DNA of 64,000 nt, taken from assembly GCA_964247055.1 (NCBI GenBank), contig OZ176051.1:12524001-12588000 (forward strand), in the 5' to 3' direction. This DNA is from Paragordius varius. Lineage: Eukaryota; Animalia; Nematomorpha. Position numbers and translations under genes: made by a program. The notes under the pieces are model-generated. The model had not been told where the DNA came from. It ran no database searches and saw only the letters and a list, made by a program, of their open reading frames with translations. Positions 63,025-64,000 of the stretch are shown here, piece after piece (within the stretch, counting starts at the first letter, position 1; every line of letters starts with the position of its first letter).

Positions 63025-63519
63025 AATACAAAGTATTTTTCAATTATATAATTTTTGGGAAAGAATTAATTTAGCGACTTTTCGTCCAATTAACACAAAA
63101 TCGAAATTGAATGGCTCATAAAAACCAATAGCGCCACCAAAATTTCTACACACTTTTTTAAATTAAAATACAGGGTATTTTTTTGGTATAATTCTTGACA
63201 AATTTGGTTCGCCTCATGACCTGCCAATCTTTGCCCATATGATCATCGGTTAAGCGAGCTCTGCATGCATTTTTGACAAACTTCATTTTTTATGCACGTG
63301 GTAAGTTGAGGGAAAAACAGTTAGGATAACCTGAGCACATTTTTTTATATTTCCATATTTATTTGGCACTTGTCAAAACTTTACGTATCTTTTTTCTCTA
63401 TGATTCTCCTTGAATATAGCCTCCAAATTGGAATCGTTTTTAAAATCTACGAATTTTTCAATGATATGCGCCTGATAAAAACCGGAATGCTCAAGTTGCT
63501 TAATATTGGATCCATATGC

Positions 63520-64000
63520 CATGGATTTTTAACGAGTTAAGTAATGTGGCAAAGGTCGGCTAATAAACACCATTTGTCACAATTAATTTCCTCGTCAAAC
63601 TTTCTGTTATCTTTTATGAATAATAGAATTTCATGTCTTAAAACAAAAAATATATTTAATACTTGTACTTTGCTAAGGCTTAGCTATCTCACAGCGGTGT
63701 ACAAAAAAATATCATCAAACCCACTGTGGATATCTTGCAGAAGGTTTTTAAATTTACGATGGTTGAATTCTCTGCCACGGATGTGGTTAACTATATCCAC
63801 AACCGTTTTTATTATTGAATTGAGTGATTCATCTTTTACAAAACCAAGTTTTGCTGATGAATAAAGCAGTGAAAGGATAAAAATTTTGCAACTCGTTTTC
63901 AAAAGAGGAATAAATCCCTTGTTTATTCCAATCATAGAGGGACAGCCATCTATGCAAATCGAAAACATTTTTTTCATAAATATACCATTATTATCGAAAA
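63520..64000 (-). pseudogene. Decayed Charlie/SPIN-type hAT transposase fragment (continues beyond the window)
   Basis: Fragments SICIDGCPSMIG..KG and NHRKF..LL..YTAVR*LS..VL..FF.LRHEI are present. The conserved RWLS tryptophan is a TAG stop, and the HC..H motif appears deleted. Confidence 0.75.

Overview
Very AT-rich, intron-containing eukaryotic DNA, most likely from an invertebrate animal; the species cannot be determined from this window. I hand-assembled five spliced protein-coding genes with canonical GT-AG junctions and consistent phases. (1) The 3' five exons of serine hydroxymethyltransferase (+, 576-3962). (2) A complete 9-exon MSL3-like chromo-barrel/MRG gene (-, 9432-4892) that the ORF track mostly misses and whose first two introns are each only 25 nt. 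(3) An 8-exon ceramide synthase (-, 19413-14049) in which the usual homeobox-like domain is replaced by an Asn/Gly/His-rich insert. (4) A 16-exon, about 1520-aa ABCB9/TAPL-like half ABC transporter (+, 24036-41791) with an approximately 370-aa multi-exon insertion inside its nucleotide-binding domain and an approximately 330-aa tail. (5) A 3-exon type I membrane LRR protein (-, 55076-47443). Introns and intergenic DNA are packed with MITEs (including two families with 21-bp subterminal repeats), decayed hAT transposons, a 2.3-kb long-TIR foldback element, a MITE nested in inverted orientation inside its own family, and decayed LINE fragments. A very young Ty3/gypsy LTR retrotransposon (58872-63024) has an intact pol but a deleted gag. 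I recognised no rRNA, tRNA or CRISPR array. All models and protein-family comparisons were made by eye and from memory of the families; nothing was searched against databases.
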